DNA from: an uncultured Actinomycetes bacterium
GTDB lineage: Bacteria; Actinomycetota; UBA4738; HRBIN12
DNA: 64,000 bases
Assembly: GCA_963734275.1 (NCBI GenBank)
Contig: CAVTGO010000006.1
Span: 15,274-79,273, forward strand
Direction: 5' to 3'
Position 1 is the first letter of the stretch. Each line of letters opens with the position of its first letter. A program made the position numbers and the translations under genes. The notes below the pieces were generated by a model that was not told where the DNA came from, made no database searches, and saw only the letters and a program-made list of their open reading frames with translations. Positions 29,433 through 37,898 of the stretch are shown piece after piece.

Positions 29433-30128
29433 CTAGCTCGACGACGTTCCCCGGATCGGGGCAGGTTCACCCGAAACCAGATGCTTCAACAGCATCGCTT
29501 GCGTCGTTCGGCTGTGCATCACCATGAGTTCTCGCGCTCGGTCGGAGTCCCGGCGTCGGAGAGCCTCAAGGATCTTGCGGTGCTCCTTCCAGGATGAGGC
29601 CCTGCGAACGGAGGCCACCTCCTCGAAGTGCCAGCGGACCTTCTTCTCGAGGTCGATGAGCAGCTCGGTGAGGTGGTTGTTGTGAGCGGCGGAAAACAAC
29701 GCTCCGTGGAAGTCAGAGTTGAGCTTCGCCAACTCCTTGGGGAACGGCTCCGATGCCGCCATCTCGTCACCCCGTTCAAGGATCTTGGCCAGCCGGGCGA
29801 GCTCCTCGTCGGTCGAGCGCTCCGCAGCGAGTCCGGCAGCGAGCTCTTCGAGAGCCTCCCGCACCTCGAAGGCCTCGCGAGCTTCTTGGACGGAGAAGTA
29901 CCGCACGTGTGCCCCGGAGTGGGGGTGGAGCTCCACCCAACCCGCCTGAGCCAACATCTTCACCGCTTCACGAACCGGTGTTCTGGATACACCCAGCTGG
30001 GCGGCAAGGGTCTCCTCGATCAGGTGCGTGCCGGGGGGAAGACTCCGGTCGAGGACCGCCGCCTCCAGCCACTCGAAGATCCACTGGGGCAATGGCCCCC
30101 TGTCGTTCCTCGCTCGCTCTTGCGCCAT
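29433..30128 (-). CDS. GntR-family transcriptional regulator, FadR/FCD subfamily
   Basis: From ATG 30128 (GAGAGGAAGAGGG upstream): winged HTH LIEETLAAQLGVSRTPVREAVKMLAQAGWV, followed by an all-helical FCD-like domain. Confidence 0.88.
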   Translation of the reverse strand: MAQERARNDRGPLPQWIFEWLEAAVLDRSLPPGTHLIEETLAAQLGVSRTPVREAVKMLAQAGWVELHPHSGAHVRYFSVQEAREAFEVREALEELAAGLAAERSTDEELARLAKILERGDEMAASEPFPKELAKLNSDFHGALFSAAHNNHLTELLIDLEKKVRWHFEEVASVRRASSWKEHRKILEALRRRDSDRARELMVMHSRTTQAMLLKHLVSGEPAPIRGTSSS

Positions 30129-30323
30129 GGCCCTCTTCCTCTCTCGCGGGCCGTGGGAGGCCGTTCCAGTCAGATCGCCGCGGCGGTTTGGTTGGAGTCT
30201 CGATGTCAGGGGGCTGTCGTTCACACCCCCCGAGAAGATGCCGCCCCTTCCATGCTCCACCTGATCGCATAATCTAGCCTGCTCCGGACCCGATGGCACC
30301 TGATGATGACCACCCGAGCTCCG

Positions 30324-31304
30324 CTAGACCTTGAACAGCTCCGCAGCGTTGGCGCCCAGTACCGCTTCCACGTCGCCTTCGTGGTCGAGGGCTTCAGCAA
30401 CGACACGGCGAGGGTCTGGATCGCGGTTGGCAAAGGGGTAGTCGGAACCGAGGAGGACGCGCTCGCGCCCCGCCGCCTGAACGAGGAATCGCAGCGCCGC
30501 GGCGTCGAACAAGACCGTATCGAAGTAGAGGCGATCGAAGCCTTCGCGGGGGTCTGTCGTGGCGTCGGGCGCGATCTCGTGGGTCCGTCCCAGGCGTCCG
30601 AGGATGTAGGGGATGCTCGCTCCGCCGTGCGCGACGAGGAGCTTGATCCCCTTCAAGCGCGCGAGGGTTCCCGAGAAGAGCAGCCGTGACACCGCGATGG
30701 TGGTATCGACGATCCTGCCAACCGAGTTGGCCAGTCCGAAGACGAAGTCTTCGTTGATCCTCCGGTCTGCCCTGCGGAACATCGGATGCAGGAACACGGG
30801 CATCGAGCATGCGGCCGCCGTCTCCCAGAACGACACGAGTGCGGGGTCGTCCAACTCCCGCTCGCCGACCGACGTCCCGATCGCAACGCCTGCGAATCCC
30901 ATGTCACGAGCCGCCTCGACCTCCTTCGCCGCAAGCTCGCCGTCCTGCAACGGCACCGTGGCCATCGGGATCAGACGAGGTTGATCGCGGTGGAGATCGA
31001 GCATCTGCTCATTGAGGAACCGCGCCCACGATGCTCCCTCCCCAGCAGGGAGCCCATAGCCCACGAAGTCGAGCCATGGCGCGACCACCGCCGATGTGAT
31101 CCCCTGGTTGTCGAGCCGGCCGACGGACGCGTCGATATCGAGCAGGTCGGCCGGCGGCGGAGGCAGCTGGCCCGTCGGGAAGCCGAATGCATATCCCTCA
31201 TCGACCTCGTGCACCGAAACGCCGGGAAACCGCCAACGCCCTCGCCGCCACTCATCAACGACCCCAGGAGGAAGGATGTGCGCGTGAACGTCGACGACCT
31301 TCAG
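30324..31304 (-). CDS. Amidohydrolase_2 (ACMSD-like) family metal hydrolase; probable CTG start
   Basis: The conserved N-terminal LKVVDVHAHILPPGVVDEW (HxH metal ligands) lies upstream of the first GTG/ATG (31214). The frame opens just after a TGA at 31329-31331. The only start-like codon is CTG 31304, with GGGAGGAG 5 nt upstream. Confidence 0.75.
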   Translation of the reverse strand: MKVVDVHAHILPPGVVDEWRRGRWRFPGVSVHEVDEGYAFGFPTGQLPPPPADLLDIDASVGRLDNQGITSAVVAPWLDFVGYGLPAGEGASWARFLNEQMLDLHRDQPRLIPMATVPLQDGELAAKEVEAARDMGFAGVAIGTSVGERELDDPALVSFWETAAACSMPVFLHPMFRRADRRINEDFVFGLANSVGRIVDTTIAVSRLLFSGTLARLKGIKLLVAHGGASIPYILGRLGRTHEIAPDATTDPREGFDRLYFDTVLFDAAALRFLVQAAGRERVLLGSDYPFANRDPDPRRVVAEALDHEGDVEAVLGANAAELFKV

Positions 31305-31399
31305 CGGTTCTCCTCCCGATGCTGCAGCTCAGATAGCAGCTCGAAGCATGGCCGCCACCATACTCTAGCGATAGGCATGGAGAACGGGAGGAAGAGTAG

Positions 31400-32257
31400 A
31401 TGGCGAAGATCGGATTCCTCGGGCTCGGGATGATGGGGTCACCGATGGCGTCGCGCCTGCTCGACGCCGGCAACGACGTAACCGTTTGGAACCGGACCGC
31501 CGAGAGGGCGCGCCAGCTCGTCGACCACGGGGCGTCGCTCGCCGGATCGCCGGCCGAGGCGGCGCTCGGGACCGATTTCGTGATCACGATGCTCGCGAAC
31601 CCGGCGGCGCTCGAGCAGGTGCTCTTCGGGGACGGGGGGCTGGCCGCAGCGCTCCACGCGGGACAGACGTTCATCGACATGTCCACCGTGGGGCCCGATG
31701 CGGTTGCCGGAGTCGCTCGCAGGCTTCCCGAGGGCGTCGGGTTCGCAGACGCGCCGGTTCGCGGCAGCGTGCCGGAGGCGACCGAGGGCCGCCTCCTCAT
31801 CCTCGTCGGCGCCACGGACGCGACGTACCCCCGGGTGGCCGAGCTGCTCGAGCCGCTCGGGTCGATCCGCCACGTCGGCGCACCCGGCACCGGCGCCGCG
31901 ATGAAGCTCGTGGTGAACTCGACGTTGGGAACGGCGATCGCAGGGGTCGGCGAGGCACTGTCTCTCGGCGAGACGCTGGGCCTCGGGCGCGACCAGCTGC
32001 TGGACGTCTTGGAGGAGACGGCGCTGGGTGCCGCCGTCAGGGCGAAGCGCTCGAGCATCGAGTCCGGCTCGTATCCGGCGAGCTTCAAACTGGAGCTCGC
32101 GCGGAAGGACCTGCACCTCGTGACCGACGCGGCAGAGCGACGGGGTCGCGAACTGAAGCTCGGAGCCGCCGCGCGCGACTGGTTCGACCGCGCGGATGAT
32201 GCAGGTGCGGGCGAGCAGGACTATTCGGCGGTCGTAGCGACGATCCTGAACGGCTGA
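31400..32257 (+). CDS. NAD(P)-dependent beta-hydroxyacid dehydrogenase (3-hydroxyisobutyrate / 6-phosphogluconate dehydrogenase-like)
   Basis: IGFLGLGMMGSPMASRL dinucleotide fold; DAPVRGS; family-typical C-terminal helical domain. Confidence 0.88.
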   Translation: MAKIGFLGLGMMGSPMASRLLDAGNDVTVWNRTAERARQLVDHGASLAGSPAEAALGTDFVITMLANPAALEQVLFGDGGLAAALHAGQTFIDMSTVGPDAVAGVARRLPEGVGFADAPVRGSVPEATEGRLLILVGATDATYPRVAELLEPLGSIRHVGAPGTGAAMKLVVNSTLGTAIAGVGEALSLGETLGLGRDQLLDVLEETALGAAVRAKRSSIESGSYPASFKLELARKDLHLVTDAAERRGRELKLGAAARDWFDRADDAGAGEQDYSAVVATILNG

Positions 32258-32299
32258 CCCTCGGAAACAAACGGCGCCGGTCGCGCGCTGGAAGGGTGC

Positions 32300-32741
32300 A
32301 TGGAACGAACGACGCGGGAGACGCTCCTCCGGATCTACGAGGAGACGGCCACGATCGCGGTGGTCGGTGCCTCGACGACGGACGGGAAGCCGGGTCATGA
32401 CATCCCGCAGTACCTCCAGTCTCAGGGCTACCGAATCATCCCGGTGAATCCTCGAGGCGGGGAGATCCTCGGGGAACGCTCGTACCGATCCCTGACTGAT
32501 GTCGACGTGCAGGTCGACGTCGTGGACGTGTTCCGTCCGCCGGAGGAGGCCGAAGGCATCGCGCGCGAAGCGATCGCGATCGGCGCCAGGACGCTGTGGT
32601 TCCAGCCCCGGGACCCAGACCGACGAGGCGGTGTCACTCGCCCGGGGAGCCGGCCTCACCGTCGTAGCCCGAAGGTGCATGGGGGTGACACACGGCTGGC
32701 TCGGCCTGGGTCCGGGACCTCACGTCTCCTCGGTCGCCTGA
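32300..32741 (+). pseudogene. CoA-binding (YccU/YneT-like) protein with a +1 frameshift in a C4 run at 32606-32609
   Basis: Frame 1 reads IAVVGASTTDGKPGHDIPQYL...VDVFRPPEE...ARTLWFQP. The conserved C-terminus GTQTDEAVSLARGAGLTVVARRCMGVTHGWLGLG is in the next frame (ORF 32499..32741). Confidence 0.75.
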
Positions 32742-32798
32742 CTCCTCCTTAACGATCCCGATACATCGCTAGCGCTCGAGTTCAGGCGGCGACGACCG

Positions 32799-33446
32799 CT
32801 AGGCGACACGAGACGCGTCCGGATCCCAGAACGTCGTGCGCATGCGGGCACCGTCCCACCCGAAGCTGAAGTGGATGTGATCCGTGTGGGGGTTCAGCAG
32901 CGCCCGCGAGTCGGGGTCGCGGCAGCCGGCCGGTTTGCGGACACAGTAGACGGACCACTCCCCCGACCACGCACCCCAGATCTCGCGGTTCCAGATCACG
33001 TACGAGATCCCGAAGCGCCGCGCCAACGCGTCCGTGTTGTCGTACCGGTCGGTCGCGAGGAGCCAATCGAGGAGATGCTCCGCGTCCCGGCGCTCGGAAC
33101 GGTCGCTGGCGTCCCGGCTCCAATCGAGCGCTCGCCCTTCGTGATGGTCGGACGTAGCCTCCCCGTCGCACGGTCGACCGATCCCGATCCATCGGGTATC
33201 GGGATACGTCTCGACCAGGAGCTCGCCGAAGGCGACGACCCCCGGCTTGTCCTTCGGCCGGCAGCGCTCCGGGGTCGTGTGGCCCGCGTAATCCTCGATC
33301 ACCGGGCCGAACCGGGGCGTGCGCGGATCGGCAGAGACCTGGCCGGCCGCGACCACGCTGGCCAAGGTCGCGACGATCGTGACAAGAGCGAGCGGTGTCG
33401 TCAGACGTGAGGAACGGGGCATACTTACTCCATCGGTGCGCCGCAC
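32799..33446 (-). CDS. Secreted LAS-type (M15-like) zinc peptidase-fold protein, possible cell-wall hydrolase
   Basis: Signal-like N-terminus; HHEGRALD (H-x5-D) and DHIH (HxH) are arranged as in LAS metallopeptidases. The start could be ATG 33422. Confidence 0.55.
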   Translation of the reverse strand: MRRTDGVSMPRSSRLTTPLALVTIVATLASVVAAGQVSADPRTPRFGPVIEDYAGHTTPERCRPKDKPGVVAFGELLVETYPDTRWIGIGRPCDGEATSDHHEGRALDWSRDASDRSERRDAEHLLDWLLATDRYDNTDALARRFGISYVIWNREIWGAWSGEWSVYCVRKPAGCRDPDSRALLNPHTDHIHFSFGWDGARMRTTFWDPDASRVA

Positions 33447-33703
33447 CCGGCATCTTGAACGGCATCCGGCGGTACTCGGCCGCTCCGTTCAGGCCGGCTC
33501 GGATCCCAGCGAGCTCCCGAGCCTCTCCTCGAGGTTCTGTCGTGCCTCGGCGGCATCCGCGGCCTGACCGATCGTGAGCTAAACAGCCTCACTGCAGGCA
33601 TCCCGCGTCAGCTGACGACTCAGCTCTCTCCATCGGGAGACCGAATGTGCGCGAGCGGCCGATCGGATCACGTCCGTCGCCTCGGCCCGTATCAGAGGTC
33701 GCT

Positions 33704-34198
33704 CTATCGGCCGAGCTCCCCCACCCACTCCCGGAGCCGAGGGAGGTGTTCCGCGTAATGCTCGGGACCGGCCTTGCGGATCCACCGGTCGGCCTCGGGC
33801 GAGCGGTCCGGGAGCGAGAGCCATTCACGGAGCATCTGGTTGCGCGCCGCGATCCCTTGCGCTCGCACATCCGGGAACGCGACATCGCGCATCGCGTCGT
33901 AGAAGACCTCGTTCATGGCGTCGATGTCGATCTCTTCGGGCCGGTACGTGCCGAACCGGATCCGCTCCAGGACGACGCCTGCCTCGGCGAGCCAGCTCCC
34001 GATGTGGCCGACGAGATCCTTCGCGGACCACCCTTCGGCGAAGTACCCCGGCTCCTCGACATTGGCTTCCGGCAGCGAGTCGACGAGGCCGTGGAGCTCC
34101 GTCCAGAGCTGTTGCTCCTCGGCCAGCAGCTCACGGTCCGGACTCGACTGCGACACGGGGGTCAGTATGACTCGAGACTCTGATCCGACGTCGGTCAC
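33704..34198 (-). CDS. DinB/MDMPI-like four-helix-bundle protein
   Basis: WSAKDLVGHIGSW...EHYAEHLPRLREW pattern. The GTG start overlaps the upstream stop (GTGA). Confidence 0.55.
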   Translation of the reverse strand: MTDVGSESRVILTPVSQSSPDRELLAEEQQLWTELHGLVDSLPEANVEEPGYFAEGWSAKDLVGHIGSWLAEAGVVLERIRFGTYRPEEIDIDAMNEVFYDAMRDVAFPDVRAQGIAARNQMLREWLSLPDRSPEADRWIRKAGPEHYAEHLPRLREWVGELGR

Positions 34199-34551
34199 TC
34201 CTCGTCGGCGGGATGAGGATCGTCGTGGTCCGTGGCGCCGGGCACGCTATCCCGCACGGACATCGCCGTCTCTTCGGGCGAGGCGAACTCATCCCGCTCG
34301 ATCACGGCGTCTCCGACAAGCTCGTCCTCGTCGTCGGAAGGCCCCTCGTCGACCACCGAGAGGGCGACGTCGATGTTCGGCCGGTCCGGCCGCTCCTCGG
34401 CCAGGCGCTGGTCGAGGGATTCACCCGCCAACTCCTCCTCGGCGGTCGTCCCGACCGATTCCGCTCCGAAGGCGTGATCGGCCTGCATGATGGCCGCCTC
34501 GAGCTCGTCGTCCTCGTTCGCGTCCCGGGGTTCCTGATCCTCCATGGTCAT
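34195..34551 (-). CDS. Acidic DUF5709-like protein
   Basis: Very Asp/Glu-rich 118 aa with GESLDQRLAEERPD and a C-terminal SPEETAMSVRD, as I recall for DUF5709. Confidence 0.6.
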   Translation of the reverse strand: MTMEDQEPRDANEDDELEAAIMQADHAFGAESVGTTAEEELAGESLDQRLAEERPDRPNIDVALSVVDEGPSDDEDELVGDAVIERDEFASPEETAMSVRDSVPGATDHDDPHPADEE

Positions 34552-34607
34552 CCTCCTGCGCCGATCCCGGCCGCCACGAGCATCGTAACGCCCAGTAGTC
34601 TGGGTCG

Positions 34608-35673
34608 ATGCGGTGGGTCGCGCTCCCCGCGGGCATCCTGGTCCTCCTCTGGACGCTGCTCGATGTGTTCCGGACCCTCGTCATGCCGCGGGCGGCACGC
34701 GGGCGGGTCCGACTGAGTCGGATCCTCTTCCAGCTCATGTGGCGCCCTTGGAGATGGATCGGGTTGCGCCGCAAGACCGTACTGGGCCGAGAGCGGGTCC
34801 TGGCTACGGCGGCGCCCTTCTTCTTCTTCCTCCTCCTGGTGGGCTGGGTATCCCTCGCCCTGCTGGGCTACGGGCTCATCCTCTGGAGTCCCGCGTTCGT
34901 GGACGGGATGGGAGGCGGCGATGGTTCATTCGGGACCGCCGTCTACTTCGGCGGGATCCTCGTTGTTCACGCTCGGCTTCGGCGATGTCGTGGCCACGGG
35001 CTGGACCCGAGCGGTAGTCGTCATCGCAGGGGCGAACGGCCTCGGGCTCTTTGCGGTCGTGATCGCCTACCTCCCGGTGCTGTATCAAGCCTTCAACCGC
35101 CGGGAGGTTGGCGTCCTATTGCTCGACGCGCGGGCCGGTTCTCCGCCCTCGGGTCCCGAGCTGCTCCACCGGATGGGGAGCGCCGGTGTAGCTTCCTCGT
35201 TGCCGGAGCTGTTCGCGGAGTGGGAGTTGTGGGTGGCCGACGTCCTCGAGACCCACATGTCCTATCCCCTCCTGGCCCTATTCAGCTCACCCCATGACAA
35301 CACCTCGTGGGTAACTGCGCTCGGCTCCGTGCTGGATGCGGCCACGCTCCTCATCACCGCGGTGGAGGACGAGCCCGACGAGCACGCAAAGCTCTCGTAT
35401 GGGACGGGGGTCCACGCGGTGGAGGACCTCTTCTACTACTTCGCGCTGACCGAGCGGGAGACGCTGATCCAACGCGAGGAATTCGAGGACGTTCTCGGCG
35501 ACATGAAGGACGACGGCTTCTCGATCCGGTCGGCGGACGATGCGTTCGCTCGTTTCACGGAGAAGCGGGCGAAGTACGCTCAACGGTTGGATGCGATCGC
35601 GGTGCTGCTGGCCGCGCCCCCGGGTCTGTGGATCGGCGACCGGTCCTTCCTCGGGGCGCGTACGGCACACTGA
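34608..35673 (+). pseudogene. Potassium-channel family protein with a +1 frameshift near 34956
   Basis: The N-terminal TM part ends ...FGTAVYFGG in frame 1. The pore/selectivity filter SSLFTLGFGDVVATGW and the rest of the protein continue in ORF 34921..35673. Confidence 0.75.
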
Positions 35674-35720
35674 GCTCAGGCGATACGGACCAGGTCTTCC
35701 CCGAGCGGGAGGGGAACGTG

Positions 35721-36602
35721 ATGGCACCCAGGCGCGTCGAGGTCACGCGTCCCGACAAGCCGCTTTGGCCCGCGCTCGGCATCACCAAACAGGTGTATGT
35801 GGACTACCTCGGTTCCGTGGCCGATCGCATGCTCCCGTGGCTGCGCGACCGACCGCTCACGCTGGTCCGAGCGCCAGATGGCGTGGGCGGCCAGCGCTAT
35901 TACCAGAAGGACACACCCGCGTACGCACCATCGTGGATCCGGACCGTCACGATCCCGGCGCCGAGCGCTAAGCGGGACGTCGCCTACACGGTGTGCAACG
36001 ACGCCGCCACGCTCGCATGGCTGGGGAACCAGGCCGCGCTGGAATTCCATCCGGCGCCGGTCCGCCGGGACCGGCTCGAGCGCCCCGACCTGCTCGTCGT
36101 GGACATCGATCCGCCCGAGGGCGCGTTCGACGCCGCGGTGGAGGTCGCCTACTTGGTGCTCGACGTCCTCGACGACCTGGGGATGACCACCCTTGTTAAG
36201 ACCACGGGCGGCAAGGGGCTCCACATCGTGGTCCCGATCGCTCGGCACGTGTCTCCCGAACAGCTGCGGCACGCCGCCACGCGGCTCACGGCGATCGTCG
36301 CCGACCGCCGCCCCGACCTGGTGACCTCCGAGTTTCGCAAGGCCGGTCGCAAAGGCCGCGTGATGCTCGACCCCTCTCGCAACGGCACGGGCGCCACGAT
36401 CGTGGCCCCCTACTCACCTCGCGCTCGCGCGGAGGCCACGGTCTCGTTCCCCGTCCTTCCCGGCGAGCTCCGGTCGATCGCGCCCGGCGATTACACCGTG
36501 GCGACGGTGCCCCAGCAGCTGGATAGCGCCGGCCCGGCGCGCTGGACCGAGGTGGAGAGCGACAGGCACCAACGCCTGCCCGCGTCGCTCCTGCGCGACT
36601 GA
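35721..36602 (+). CDS. Stand-alone LigD-type NHEJ polymerase/primase domain protein
   Basis: TRPDKPLWP, RAPDGVGGQRYYQKD, LVVDIDPPEG, VKTTGGKGLHIVVP, RKGRVMLDPSRNGTGATIVAPYSPR. GGGAGGGG lies upstream of ATG 35721. Confidence 0.88.
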   Translation: MAPRRVEVTRPDKPLWPALGITKQVYVDYLGSVADRMLPWLRDRPLTLVRAPDGVGGQRYYQKDTPAYAPSWIRTVTIPAPSAKRDVAYTVCNDAATLAWLGNQAALEFHPAPVRRDRLERPDLLVVDIDPPEGAFDAAVEVAYLVLDVLDDLGMTTLVKTTGGKGLHIVVPIARHVSPEQLRHAATRLTAIVADRRPDLVTSEFRKAGRKGRVMLDPSRNGTGATIVAPYSPRARAEATVSFPVLPGELRSIAPGDYTVATVPQQLDSAGPARWTEVESDRHQRLPASLLRD

Positions 36603-36647
36603 GCCGAGACAAGCGTCATTCCGGCCGTCGCGGACAGGGAGAAATGA

Positions 36648-37091
36648 GTCCACTTCATGGCAGATCCCGTCAAAGGACTACGCGAGATGGCGCGCGTGAC
36701 GCGCGAGGACGGCGTCGTAGCGGCATGCGTGCGGGATCACGCCGGCGACCAGGGGCCGCTCAGCCTCTTCTGGAAGGCGGCCCGCCAACTCGATCCCACC
36801 GTCGAGGGTGAGTCGCAGCTCGCGGGTGCGCGCGAGGGCCACCTCGGCCAGATCTTCGAAACCGCCGGGCTGCATGGGACCGAGGAGGACGCGCTCTCCG
36901 TCAGCGTGGAAGATCAGAGGTTCGAGGAGTGGTGGGAGCCGTTCACGCTCGGCGTCGGCCCGGCCGGAGCCTACGCGGCTGGTCTCGATGCGGAGCGGCA
37001 AGCACAGTTGCGCGAACGCTGCCGAGACATGCTGCCGGCACCACCGTTCCTGGTCACGGCCGTGGCCTGGGCGGCACTAGGGCTCGCATAG
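36648..37091 (+). pseudogene. 5-prime-truncated class-I SAM methyltransferase remnant (C-terminal half only)
   Basis: VHFMADPVKGLREMARVTREDGVVAACV.DHAG...FEEWWEPFTLGVGPAGAY matches the post-motif half of a roughly 260-aa actinobacterial methyltransferase family. A TGA sits directly upstream, and no SAM-binding GxGxG part is present. Confidence 0.6.
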
Positions 37092-37300
37092 CGCTAGGGA
37101 TCGGTGGCTCCGACCAGCCATCCGATGCCTGACATGTCCGGATCTCAGAACGTGGCACGCATGTGCCGCCGTCAGCCCGCGGTCGTTCCGTCACCGAGGT
37201 CGGCGGCTTTCCCACAGTAGAAGAGGGGAAGGGGGGTCGATAACTAGCTTGAAGCGCAGGATCCACCGCGCTCAGCCGAACGCCTATCGAAGGGAATTTC

Positions 37301-37831
37301 ATGCGGAAGCGCATCTTGCACGCGACCATCGCCACGGCAACGCTCATCCTCGGTATCGCCCTGCCGGCATCGGCCGCCCCGGGCGAGACCACCGCCACGG
37401 TGACTGTGACGGGTGGATCCCTGTCGATCACCGTGGCGACAACCGCCGGCTCCCTCGGAAGCACGCCCAACAGCGTCGGCGGCGCGACCATCAGCGGGCC
37501 TCTCGGCGAGGTGCAGGTCCTGGACGCGCGGAGCGCCGCCGCGGGCTCCGGCTGGGTCGCGAGCGTCATCTCCACCGCCTTCACCCCGACGGCGGGCCCG
37601 ACGATCGCCGCCAGCGCCGTCGGCTACACCGCCGGGACCATCACGAAGGTGGGAACGGCGACCTACACGGCGAACGATCCAGGCAACCTCACGGGCGTGT
37701 CTGCCGCGGTCACGGCGACGGGGATCACGGGGGACAACTCCGCTACCTGGAACCCGACGATCACGGTGGACGTCCCGGGTGGGATGGCTGCCGGCACCTA
37801 CTCCGCGATCATCACCCACTCCGTTGTTTAG
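37301..37831 (+). CDS. Secreted WxL-domain-like surface protein
   Basis: Signal peptide ending ASA-AP; Thr/Gly/Ala-rich beta-type sequence GGSLSITVA...GPLGEVQVLDARS..GSGW.ASV; C-terminal TWNPTITVDVPGGMAAGTYSAIITHSVV. Confidence 0.65.
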   Translation: MRKRILHATIATATLILGIALPASAAPGETTATVTVTGGSLSITVATTAGSLGSTPNSVGGATISGPLGEVQVLDARSAAAGSGWVASVISTAFTPTAGPTIAASAVGYTAGTITKVGTATYTANDPGNLTGVSAAVTATGITGDNSATWNPTITVDVPGGMAAGTYSAIITHSVV

Positions 37832-37898
37832 AAGCCCCCAAGCGCCACCGCCCGCGCAGCGGGCGGTGGCGGCATCGCCTCGGCGCGCCATCCGGCTG

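Noticed and set aside
33447-33703. Cyclic-di-AMP (ydaO-type) riboswitch upstream of the LAS-peptidase-like gene
   Set aside because: I could not locate the conserved cores (GGGGUGAAUC-like and CCCG..CAGCUAACC-like segments). I found only a loose CGUCAGCUGAC resemblance. It needs a covariance-model scan.
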